DNA from: a virus
IMG/VR virus record: IMGVR_UViG_3300044680_000048
Span: 32,001 to 96,000 of that record
Direction: 5' to 3' (one strand)
DNA length: 64,000 bases
Positions 56,428 to 63,916 of this stretch are shown piece after piece. The translations under genes and the position numbers were made by a program. The notes below the pieces were generated by a model. The model was not told the origin of the DNA. It was given only the letters and a program-made list of their open reading frames with translations, and ran no database searches. Each line of letters starts with the position of its first letter. Within the stretch, counting starts at the first letter, position 1.

Positions 56428-56980
56428 GATTAACTTGGGATGTGGACCAGATGTTAGACCGGGCTGGATTAGTGTGGATTTTCCACCAACACATGCGGGA
56501 CAAGTTCATCCAGATGTAGTACAATGGGACCTCTCTAAAGGAGTTCCAGATTCAATTGAACCAGAATCTGTAGACTTAGCTATGTCTAGTCATTTTTTAG
56601 AACATTTGGATGACAAAGACGGAAGAATATTTCTTATTAGTGTTTTGAATTCTTTAAAGAAAGGTGGAAAACTTCGTCTATGTTTGCCGGATGCCTTCAG
56701 AACCTGTAAGAATTACGTAGAGGGGAATTGGGATTTCTTCAATCCAGTCAGTGGATTTATAGGAGATCATTATCCAGAAACCAGAACTCTAATTGATTAT
56801 CTGACTCTCTGCGTTTATCAGGCAGGTGAACACAAGTCAGTCTGGGACGCCAAAAAGGCTATTAGAGTATTAGAAAATCTAGGATTTTCTAATGTTTATG
56901 AGTCACAATTTGACCCAACTATAGACTTGAATGAGCCTATCCGGATCATGTATAGTATATATGTAGAGGCTGTTAAATGA
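56420..56980 (+). CDS. class I SAM-dependent methyltransferase (186 aa)
   Basis: INLGCGPDVRPGWISVD is motif I. The protein is too small and lacks the motifs expected of a DNA C5-methyltransferase. Confidence 0.55.
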   Translation: MIKINLGCGPDVRPGWISVDFPPTHAGQVHPDVVQWDLSKGVPDSIEPESVDLAMSSHFLEHLDDKDGRIFLISVLNSLKKGGKLRLCLPDAFRTCKNYVEGNWDFFNPVSGFIGDHYPETRTLIDYLTLCVYQAGEHKSVWDAKKAIRVLENLGFSNVYESQFDPTIDLNEPIRIMYSIYVEAVK

Positions 56981-57183
56981 ACTTTGAGATCACTGAAGAA
57001 CAATTAGAGAAGCTCAGACCTTGGCTGGAAGAACAAGATGAACTTTGTAAACACCAAACCCATGGAGCTGTTGGCGGAGGTACTACTTTTGAATTTACTC
57101 CTACTAGCTTAGGGGTAATAGTAAAGGTTTTTAGTGGCTGTTCCGGAAATGTATTAGATATTACTGATTACGAAAACTGGTAG
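56977..57183 (+). CDS. hypothetical protein (68 aa)
   Basis: 4-nt overlap with the upstream gene. Confidence 0.45.
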   Translation: MNFEITEEQLEKLRPWLEEQDELCKHQTHGAVGGGTTFEFTPTSLGVIVKVFSGCSGNVLDITDYENW

Positions 57184-57187
57184 TCAA

Positions 57188-57853
57188 ATGTTATATAACA
57201 CTACTTGGAAATTTACTAAGGTTATAGACCCTCCTACACAAGAGGAGATTTATAACTGCCCTCATTACTTTGGGATGAGTTATGAACAAGTAAGAGATTC
57301 CGGTCCTCCTGAATTCCTTATGAAATTGTTAGACCAGTTCCCGTTTGATGGAAGAAAGACTATACTACAGATACGTCCTCAAGACTTCCGGAATGGTCCT
57401 ATTGGTATAGATGGTATAGAGTGGCATTCAGATTACAATGTAAGACTACTTGACGGGAAGCATTATGCTAAAGATCATGATGAATTCCACCTTATGGTTA
57501 TATCTTGGGGGTATGGACCCAAGACTGAATTTCTAACTACTCCCATGCATCTACCTAACAATTTAGTTGATTATGATAAGTGGAAATCAGAATTTGAACT
57601 TAGATGTAGATTTTCTACTCTAAATGTAGTTCAAGCTCCTAAAAACCAGATGGTGGAGTATAAGTCTTCTGATTTACATAAAGCCGGGAGCTGGAAACAT
57701 GGAGACGGTCCAGGCTTTAGATTGATGGTCGTAGGGTTTGATACCTCCTACATTGATGGAAACATTAGAATACTTCCTTCTATAAGGGAAAATGACAGAG
57801 AAGATGGAATTCCTCTTTGGAAAGAAACTGAAGAACGTAAGCCAAGCCTATAA
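57188..57853 (+). CDS. hypothetical protein with HxD...H pattern, possible Fe(II)/2OG dioxygenase (221 aa)
   Basis: EWHSD is followed about 80 aa later by DLHKAG and FRLMVV, which is compatible with a facial-triad cupin. This is a motif-spacing argument only. Confidence 0.3.
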   Translation: MLYNTTWKFTKVIDPPTQEEIYNCPHYFGMSYEQVRDSGPPEFLMKLLDQFPFDGRKTILQIRPQDFRNGPIGIDGIEWHSDYNVRLLDGKHYAKDHDEFHLMVISWGYGPKTEFLTTPMHLPNNLVDYDKWKSEFELRCRFSTLNVVQAPKNQMVEYKSSDLHKAGSWKHGDGPGFRLMVVGFDTSYIDGNIRILPSIRENDREDGIPLWKETEERKPSL

Positions 57854-57968
57854 TGCCCTAAGGAAACTCTTGCGGGAAATAGAATTAACAACCTCTTGTC
57901 CGAAGACCAAGAAAGTAATTGAAGAATACTTTAAACCTAATAGTATGAGAAAATATGATAATGAATAA
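57792..57968 (+). CDS. small hypothetical protein (58 aa, below the track cutoff)
   Basis: Hand translation gives MTEKMEFLFGKKLKNVSQAYNALRKLLREIELTTSCPKTKKVIEEYFKPNSMRKYDNE. It overlaps the upstream gene's 3' end by 62 nt. Confidence 0.25.
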   Translation: MTEKMEFLFGKKLKNVSQAYNALRKLLREIELTTSCPKTKKVIEEYFKPNSMRKYDNE

Positions 57969-57985
57969 AGGAGGGATGTTACAAA

Positions 57986-58100
57986 ATGAATATATTCTTC
58001 ACTAGTGACACACACTTTTCATCATTATAACTCTATTGAATATTGTAATCGCCCATATTCTTATGAAGAAGTGGAGGAGTTAATTAGACAAAATGTTTGA
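57986..58100 (+). pseudogene. remnant of a metallophosphoesterase gene (N-terminal ~38 codons, frameshifted and truncated)
   Basis: An AAGGAGGG box precedes the start. MNIFFTSDTHF runs into a stop after a T4 run. Shifting by +1 gives HHYNSIEYCNRPYSYEEVEELIRQNV, the typical start of DxH-type phosphoesterases. The frame then ends inside the RNA ligase start. Confidence 0.55.
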
Positions 58101-59316
58101 AATGACTTTAGACGAAATATTAAATACTACTCCAGCCTTAGCTCAAGTAGTAGAAATTAAAGACGCAATTAAAACACCAGGTTCGGATAGGTTAACCTCA
58201 TATTCTCTCAAAGGAATGGGTTGGACAGTAATATCTTCTAATATCAACCAGACAGAAGAAAATTTTGGGGAACCAAGGTATAAACCGAGCGATAAAGTTA
58301 TCTATATTGCCATTGACAGTATTCTTCCGGAAAAGCTTGAAAGGTTACTCTTCCCTGAAGGTAGTAAGATTACTCTCAGTGGAGGAAGAATTAAGACTCT
58401 CAAACTTAGAGGGGCTTACTCTCAAGGAATGTTGATAAACCTGTCTGATTTCTCTAAGGTAGTAACCGATGGAGATTATGATCTAAAGCCAGGTAGGGAT
58501 GTGACTAAGGCTTTGGGAATAACTAAATTTGAACCTCCGGTATCCTCTATTCCTAAACATATGCGTGGTCAACAGAGTAAGAAAAATCCTTTATTTAAAG
58601 AGTATACAGATGTCAGACACCTTAAATACTATACAGAATCCAATATATTTGAGTTTGGAGAGTTAGTCTATGTGACAGCTAAACTTCATGGGACTTCAGC
58701 TAGATATGCATTATTACCTACTTATTGTCCAAATCTTCCCAGACTATGTTTTGGAAATTTGAAGGAGTATGGAAGCTTAATCATAAAACATGTTAAGAAA
58801 TTCTTTGGTTTCTTACCAGAATATGAATATTGTTTTGGCTCCCGCCGTTGTCAATTACAAGATAAACCGAAAGACCATAAAACCTTTTATGAGGATAATG
58901 TCTATAGGACTGTAGGAGAAGCTTATGGATTTAAGAAAATTCTCCAACCGGGAGAAGAACTCTTTGGGGAAATAGCAGGACCTGGAATCCAGAAAGGTTA
59001 TGATTACAACTTCAAAGAACATAAATTCTTCGCTTATGATGTCATGATCAATGGTCAATTCTTAGATTCTGAGAACTTTAAGAACTGGTGTGATGCTAGA
59101 GAAGTACCAAGGGTGTCGGAACTAGGAGTAATTCCTTATGATTTAGATGAGTTGACCAAACTAGCTTCTGCTAAAACATGCCTCAACGGGCAAAAGACAA
59201 GAGAAGGAGTTGTAGTTAAAAAGGTTGTGGAACAGAATCATCCAAGTTGTGGAAGAGTTTGCTTCAAACTTATAAATCCAGAATACTTACTTAAAGACCA
59301 GTCTGATTTCCACTAA
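58093..59316 (+). CDS. ATP-dependent RNA ligase, nucleotidyltransferase superfamily with an N-terminal OB-like domain (407 aa)
   Basis: Motif I is VTAKLHGTS (KxHG). Motif III is ELFGEIAGPGIQ. Motif IV is FFAYDV. Motif V is REGVVVKK. The pattern fits DraRnl/NgrRnl-type ligases as I recall them. Confidence 0.55.
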   Translation: MFEMTLDEILNTTPALAQVVEIKDAIKTPGSDRLTSYSLKGMGWTVISSNINQTEENFGEPRYKPSDKVIYIAIDSILPEKLERLLFPEGSKITLSGGRIKTLKLRGAYSQGMLINLSDFSKVVTDGDYDLKPGRDVTKALGITKFEPPVSSIPKHMRGQQSKKNPLFKEYTDVRHLKYYTESNIFEFGELVYVTAKLHGTSARYALLPTYCPNLPRLCFGNLKEYGSLIIKHVKKFFGFLPEYEYCFGSRRCQLQDKPKDHKTFYEDNVYRTVGEAYGFKKILQPGEELFGEIAGPGIQKGYDYNFKEHKFFAYDVMINGQFLDSENFKNWCDAREVPRVSELGVIPYDLDELTKLASAKTCLNGQKTREGVVVKKVVEQNHPSCGRVCFKLINPEYLLKDQSDFH

Positions 59317-59329
59317 AAGAGAAATAATA

Positions 59330-59581
59330 ATGAATGAAGAACAAAGAGCTGGAGCTTTTGACCGTTACGGGAAACTAAGAAATTGGACCTATCGCCGTGA
59401 AGACGGTATGTTAATAGATCTCTGTTCAGCGTTACGAGAAGCTTTAGAAAAGAACCCTAGTTTGAGATTAGGGCAATTCTTAGTCAACCTCTTCCCAGAT
59501 TATGAGGGAGAAGACTTCTCTAATAGGCTTTTTAATGTTTTTGATGAAGAGTTTCTACAAAGAATCACAGAGAAATCATGA
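59330..59581 (+). CDS. hypothetical protein (83 aa)
   Basis: Co-oriented ORF after the ligase. Confidence 0.5.
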   Translation: MNEEQRAGAFDRYGKLRNWTYRREDGMLIDLCSALREALEKNPSLRLGQFLVNLFPDYEGEDFSNRLFNVFDEEFLQRITEKS

Positions 59582-59882
59582 AATATAAATTATTCTTGGC
59601 ATAGGTCACACCTTGAATTAATATGGGGTGTTTTTGCTCAAAAGTTCTTGAGTCAACTAGGTTCTTGATTTTGTAGTTCTTGTCTATCTTTTCCCCATCA
59701 GAGGTTAGATAAGTATAGATGGTTATCTTATTGACTTGTTCTTTAACATAGCCGGAACGAGTTCTAATCATATTCTTTTCTTCTATAATATGACTATCGG
59801 CAAGAGTAGTAATAACAGTTCCGGCAAAGGCCGGAGAAACCATCAAGAAAGTAGCTAGTATTGCCGGAAGAATCTTATACAT
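59565..59882 (-). CDS. secreted or membrane-anchored protein (105 aa)
   Basis: The N-terminal signal-like segment is MYKILPAILATFLMVSPAFAG. The gene has opposite orientation inside a rightward block. Confidence 0.5.
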   Translation of the reverse strand: MYKILPAILATFLMVSPAFAGTVITTLADSHIIEEKNMIRTRSGYVKEQVNKITIYTYLTSDGEKIDKNYKIKNLVDSRTFEQKHPILIQGVTYAKNNLYFMISL

Positions 59883-59937
59883 ACCAAAAAGTCTAGCAAT
59901 TACTTACTAGACTTAGAAGGCGGAGGGAGGAAAAGGA

Positions 59938-60147
59938 CTATTGGGTGAGAGTATTAATCTTACCGGTGGCATTATACGTATTTGTTACGGTTGTTTGATC
60001 ATTTTGTAAGGCTGTAATAAGATTGGAATATTGTGAATTTAGGTCAGTGTAGTTGTTGTTGAGCAAGTCACCCTTCATAACTGTCAAGATTTGCTCTACT
60101 TGAAGTTGGAGATTAGCCAAAATATTTGTTCCAGTTCCGCCTGCCAT
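59938..60147 (-). CDS. hypothetical protein (69 aa from the internal ATG)
   Basis: I truncated the track ORF to MAGGTGTNILANLQ... so that it does not overlap the rightward promoter and gene. Confidence 0.35.
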   Translation of the reverse strand: MAGGTGTNILANLQLQVEQILTVMKGDLLNNNYTDLNSQYSNLITALQNDQTTVTNTYNATGKINTLTQ

Positions 60148-60148
60148 G

Positions 60149-60157
60149 TGGTATAAT
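60149..60157 (+). promoter_or_regulatory. extended -10 promoter TGGTATAAT
   Basis: The box is identical to the one upstream of the tRNA. It lies 34 nt upstream of the ATG at 60191. Confidence 0.45.
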
Positions 60158-60190
60158 ATCCTTAGAAGTTTTACAGTAGAGATTTTAGCA

Positions 60191-60403
60191 ATGAAAGTTA
60201 TCTTTGAAAATAGTATGAAAAACCCCTTCCAGTTCAAATATCCCCTAGTAAAGGTAGTCCGGAGAGACAGTGAAGACGGAGGATTTACAGAATCCTTCTT
60301 AGTCAATCCGGAAACAGCAGATACAAGAGTTAATCACGGAACTCTTCTACATAGTAATATACTAGAATTTGCCCTATTAGAACTAACCAAAGGGAAAGAA
60401 TAA
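60191..60403 (+). CDS. hypothetical protein (70 aa from the ATG at 60191)
   Basis: I prefer the internal ATG. The stop overlaps the dcd start. Confidence 0.45.
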   Translation: MKVIFENSMKNPFQFKYPLVKVVRRDSEDGGFTESFLVNPETADTRVNHGTLLHSNILEFALLELTKGKE

Positions 60404-60954
60404 TGATCTTAACTGATTGGGAGATTAGAAAAGCCATAGAAGATGGAGATATAGGAGTTGACCCTTTTGATGAGTCCTTAATTAATCCGGCAAGCCTTGA
60501 TATAAGGCTTGGAGATATGTTTTCATTAACGGAAGCCCAGAAAACTCAAGGAAAACGTAGAGAACCCTATGTAGACCCTATGGATAAAGAGAGTTTTAAT
60601 ACCCTTACATTCAAGGTCACAAAAGATTATTACCTTCCTCCAAGACGGGCAGTTTTAGCCTCAATGATGGAGAAAACTGTCCTTTCAGATAATATTTCTG
60701 TAAAGCTTTTCGGAAAGAGTTCTCTGGCTCGTTTGGGACTGATGAATTCCCCAGACGCTTGTTGGGTAGATTGTGGCTGGGTGGGCCAACTTACCATGGA
60801 GCTGTTCAACAGTTCAGACTTTGCCATAAGACTTGTTCCGGGAATGAAAATAGGACAGCTGGTCTTTTTTAAACATAAGAGGGCAAGTAAGCCCTACAAC
60901 TTAACGGGAAGATATTCAAACCAAGTACCCGGAATGGGCTCTCTTGGAATATAA
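60403..60954 (+). CDS. dcd: dCTP deaminase (183 aa)
   Basis: MILTDWEIRKAIEDGDIGVDPFDESLINPASLDIRLG is the canonical Dcd/dUTPase-superfamily N-terminus. The size is typical. Confidence 0.8.
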   Translation: MILTDWEIRKAIEDGDIGVDPFDESLINPASLDIRLGDMFSLTEAQKTQGKRREPYVDPMDKESFNTLTFKVTKDYYLPPRRAVLASMMEKTVLSDNISVKLFGKSSLARLGLMNSPDACWVDCGWVGQLTMELFNSSDFAIRLVPGMKIGQLVFFKHKRASKPYNLTGRYSNQVPGMGSLGI

Positions 60955-60966
60955 GGAGTAAAGTAG

Positions 60967-61242
60967 ATGGAACCAAGAAATGTACCAGTTTTTCTATTTG
61001 GAGCACCTCAAATAAACCCAGAGACAGTTACTAAGATCTCAGATAATATATTCTTAGTTCCTCCGGACGGTATTGTATTTGCCTGTTTACGGGAACCCTC
61101 TGAAGAAGATATGGTAACTATCAAGAAAACAGTAGAGGGAATGATGGAAGCCCAATTCCAAACCTTAGATTCACCGGAAAAGTACATGACCCTTGATGAA
61201 GTTAAGGAGATGTTAGACCAGGAGAAGGAAAGTGGAGTTTAG
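60967..61242 (+). CDS. hypothetical protein (91 aa)
   Basis: An AAGGAG box lies upstream. Co-oriented with its neighbours. Confidence 0.5.
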   Translation: MEPRNVPVFLFGAPQINPETVTKISDNIFLVPPDGIVFACLREPSEEDMVTIKKTVEGMMEAQFQTLDSPEKYMTLDEVKEMLDQEKESGV

Positions 61243-61723
61243 ACAATCTCCTAATTACACTAAGGGAAGAGGGGGAAAGAAGCCCTCCATGATAGTAATT
61301 CATGCGATTGCCGGAAGTGCTACTTCTGCCGAAAATTGGTTCATGAATACACATGCTAAGGTCTCTGCCCACTACATTATTGACCAGACCGGAAAAATAG
61401 TTCAAATGGTTAAGGATGAGGACACAGCTTGGCATTGTTATGGCTTTAATCAAACAAGTATTGGTCTGGAACATGAAGATTTCGGAAAGTGTCTTAAAGA
61501 CCCTAATTGGGCCTCTGAGACTCTACTAGAGGCTTCCGCTAAACTTGTAGCCTCTCTTATGAAGAAGTGGAATATCCCTTTAGAGAAAGTTAAAGGACAT
61601 AATGATCCAGAAATTGTGGGGTATGCCAAGAGGCTGAAACCAGGTATGGCGCACGCTGACCCTGGACTTTTCCCTTGGGATCTCTACCGGAAACTGATTA
61701 CTAAACACTTAGGAGATAAATAA
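61232..61723 (+). CDS. N-acetylmuramoyl-L-alanine amidase (PGRP/T7-lysozyme type) endolysin (163 aa)
   Basis: The Amidase_2 pattern IVIHAIAGS...SAHYIIDQTGKIVQMV...DTAWH...NQTSIGLEHE is present. Confidence 0.8.
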   Translation: MEFRQSPNYTKGRGGKKPSMIVIHAIAGSATSAENWFMNTHAKVSAHYIIDQTGKIVQMVKDEDTAWHCYGFNQTSIGLEHEDFGKCLKDPNWASETLLEASAKLVASLMKKWNIPLEKVKGHNDPEIVGYAKRLKPGMAHADPGLFPWDLYRKLITKHLGDK

Positions 61724-62289
61724 TGAAGAACTATTTTACTGTGTATCATCAATACTTACCACAAAGTAGGAATGATTTTATAAAAGTTTCCGCAAACCGT
61801 ATAGTTGAGTATATAGAAAAGGAATGTTTGCCCTTTCGTAATGGTCCAATAGTAATATCTATTGAATCGGGCTATATACGTGCAGGAGGAAGACATTTTG
61901 GAGCCTTTAATGTTAAGGATTGCTTTGATCAGCTTGTGGAAATTTACACAACAGATAAACGGGAAGGAGTTAATGTCACTTTTGATGGAACAACCCTTAC
62001 CATATCCCTAGAAGAATCAGTAAAGTCCCCTTCAGAAAGATGGGATGTAGTTGCTAATTTTGGCTTTAAACCGGATGCAGCCAGAGTCATGGATTTACCC
62101 CAGGATACTGTTGATGTCAGTTTAATAACAACATATACTTCTTCGGGGTCCCTCAGGATGAATGGCTCTGGTGAGGTGTTTACTAAAGAAGATGGGAGCA
62201 AATTCACGATAGTAAATCTTAAAGATTTTCCTCAAGAGCCCTTTGGTACTTGGATTTTAACTGTTTCAGCAAAAAGGAAAGGATTATGA
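61723..62289 (+). CDS. hypothetical protein (188 aa)
   Basis: 1-nt overlap with the amidase stop. Confidence 0.5.
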   Translation: MKNYFTVYHQYLPQSRNDFIKVSANRIVEYIEKECLPFRNGPIVISIESGYIRAGGRHFGAFNVKDCFDQLVEIYTTDKREGVNVTFDGTTLTISLEESVKSPSERWDVVANFGFKPDAARVMDLPQDTVDVSLITTYTSSGSLRMNGSGEVFTKEDGSKFTIVNLKDFPQEPFGTWILTVSAKRKGL

Positions 62290-62567
62290 TATTTAAAGCA
62301 CTTATACCAACATTAGCATTACTGTTTTCCGCAAACTCTACTCCCGCAGTAGTAATGGATCAAGAGACAGATAACGAAAACATCCAAGAAGTTAACCTGG
62401 CTACTGCTTATAGCAGTAAGACTAAAGAGGAATTAGGGACTATCACGGTCACTAAAGGAGGATTGCGAGTAAAGATTTTGGATGCAGAGATGACCCTCTC
62501 CAGAGATGACCTCCAACAAGTTATCAGTGTTTCCCGCATGATAGAGGATCAAGATGTCTCTCACTAA
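62286..62567 (+). CDS. secreted or membrane-anchored small protein (93 aa from the ATG at 62286)
   Basis: MIFKALIPTLALLFSANSTPAVV is a signal or anchor segment. ATGA overlap with the upstream gene. Confidence 0.5.
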   Translation: MIFKALIPTLALLFSANSTPAVVMDQETDNENIQEVNLATAYSSKTKEELGTITVTKGGLRVKILDAEMTLSRDDLQQVISVSRMIEDQDVSH

Positions 62568-62925
62568 TACATTTTCAGAATTGGCAAGACTTCTTAAGAA
62601 AGTAGAAGATTTAGGAGTTGAAGTAGATTTTACTCTGGAATCTTGGGGAATCTTTATTGAATGTGGGAAAAATGGTCCGGAAATCAGGTATCAACCCAAG
62701 GATCAAAGCATTTGCTTCTTTGATTCATGTTTCCATGACAGGGAATGGACAGAAGACCAGTTCTTTGAGGCTTTGGAGGGAAACCAATCTACAAAAGTAA
62801 TTAAGGACTTACGGAAAGAGATAGAAGACCTAAAGACCAAACTCCTAATTGCTGAAATGCCGAAGATAGGTATACCATATTACCCTCCATACTACTCTGG
62901 TATTATTTTGACTACAACCCCATGA
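62554..62925 (+). CDS. hypothetical protein (123 aa)
   Basis: Co-oriented, overlapping ORF. Confidence 0.5.
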   Translation: MSLTNTFSELARLLKKVEDLGVEVDFTLESWGIFIECGKNGPEIRYQPKDQSICFFDSCFHDREWTEDQFFEALEGNQSTKVIKDLRKEIEDLKTKLLIAEMPKIGIPYYPPYYSGIILTTTP

Positions 62926-63116
62926 TTAACCTCCAAGTTTCTTTTCATTTAAAAAAAGATGGTAGACTTACCTATATGGTAGATACAGTAAGTGATGAGA
63001 TTATGAATTCTTGCCAGTCACTACTCACCCTTAAGTCTTTCTACTGTACTGAAAAGGGATATCGAAATAAGGATATAGAGAATTTCCAGATACTGGAGCC
63101 TGAAGAAGATGAGTGA
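62922..63116 (+). CDS. hypothetical protein (64 aa)
   Basis: 4-nt overlap with the upstream gene. Confidence 0.45.
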   Translation: MINLQVSFHLKKDGRLTYMVDTVSDEIMNSCQSLLTLKSFYCTEKGYRNKDIENFQILEPEEDE

Positions 63117-63282
63117 AGTTCTTGTCTTAAGGACAATATATATGGATAGGTCTAAAGATGAAATATTGAGGGAAATAGCCTATCATTATAAGATTAGTAA
63201 GGGAACATTAATTCGAATATTAGTTAACTATGGGATAGAAAATATAAAAGAAGCCTTGCCGGATGAAGAACAAGAGGATTAG
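63109..63282 (+). CDS. small ribbon-helix-helix-like protein (57 aa, below the track cutoff)
   Basis: Hand translation gives MSEVLVLRTIYMDRSKDEILREIAYHYKISKGTLIRILVNYGIENIKEALPDEEQED, which has a strand-helix-helix pattern. Confidence 0.35.
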   Translation: MSEVLVLRTIYMDRSKDEILREIAYHYKISKGTLIRILVNYGIENIKEALPDEEQED

Positions 63283-63517
63283 AGGAGAACACGCCCATCT
63301 AAATGTTTCCTTTATAGCCGAATTATTTGGAATAAGTGTAAGTAGAACCCGCCGGTATCTAAAGAAGCATAAAGTTAATACAATAGAGGACCTTGGGGAA
63401 TTAGTATGGGAGATACGGACAATTGAAAAAATCAAATTTACTGGTAGGACTTTTCACTATCTTGGCACTGACTGGATGCGATCAGAACCAGTTAAACCTA
63501 AAAGTAGAGAAGTTTGA
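63263..63517 (+). CDS. helix-turn-helix protein (84 aa)
   Basis: VSFIAELFGISVSRTRRYLKKH is HTH-like. The 3' end overlaps the lipoprotein gene by 95 nt, so its extent is uncertain. Confidence 0.4.
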   Translation: MKNKRIRGEHAHLNVSFIAELFGISVSRTRRYLKKHKVNTIEDLGELVWEIRTIEKIKFTGRTFHYLGTDWMRSEPVKPKSREV

Positions 63518-63746
63518 CGATACTATAACAAGCCACACTTACACCAAACACTATGGCACCTGCCAAGGATGGAAAGCTATCTATTGTGTTTACGGGAAGA
63601 CCCCTTCCGGAATCCCTGCTGGAGTAGCAGTAACTTTTGACCATAAGTTTTTCTTTAGTATTAAGGAATTAACAGATAAGAATCCGGAACTTCTTACCCA
63701 AGCAGTAAGTAAGGCGGAAGAAGTTCAAGAGAAGTTAGTGAGATGA
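63423..63746 (+). CDS. lipoprotein (107 aa)
   Basis: The signal peptide carries a lipobox: MKKSNLLVGLFTILALTGC. Confidence 0.6.
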   Translation: MKKSNLLVGLFTILALTGCDQNQLNLKVEKFDDTITSHTYTKHYGTCQGWKAIYCVYGKTPSGIPAGVAVTFDHKFFFSIKELTDKNPELLTQAVSKAEEVQEKLVR

Positions 63747-63916
63747 GAAGATATTGTGGGCTTTACCGGAACCCTTGGGCTAAATTTAAAGCCTATTTCC
63801 ACCAATATTTAACTTGCAAAATACTAGGATGCCATGTAAAGTTTAATAATGGGGACCCTTTTTGCCTAAAGTGTCTAATCCATACCATACAACCGAGGAG
63901 AAGTAATGGATCTTAA
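63743..63916 (+). CDS. small Cys-rich protein (57 aa, below the track cutoff)
   Basis: Hand translation gives MRRYCGLYRNPWAKFKAYFHQYLTCKILGCHVKFNNGDPFCLKCLIHTIQPRRSNGS. ATGA overlap with the upstream gene. Confidence 0.35.
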   Translation: MRRYCGLYRNPWAKFKAYFHQYLTCKILGCHVKFNNGDPFCLKCLIHTIQPRRSNGS

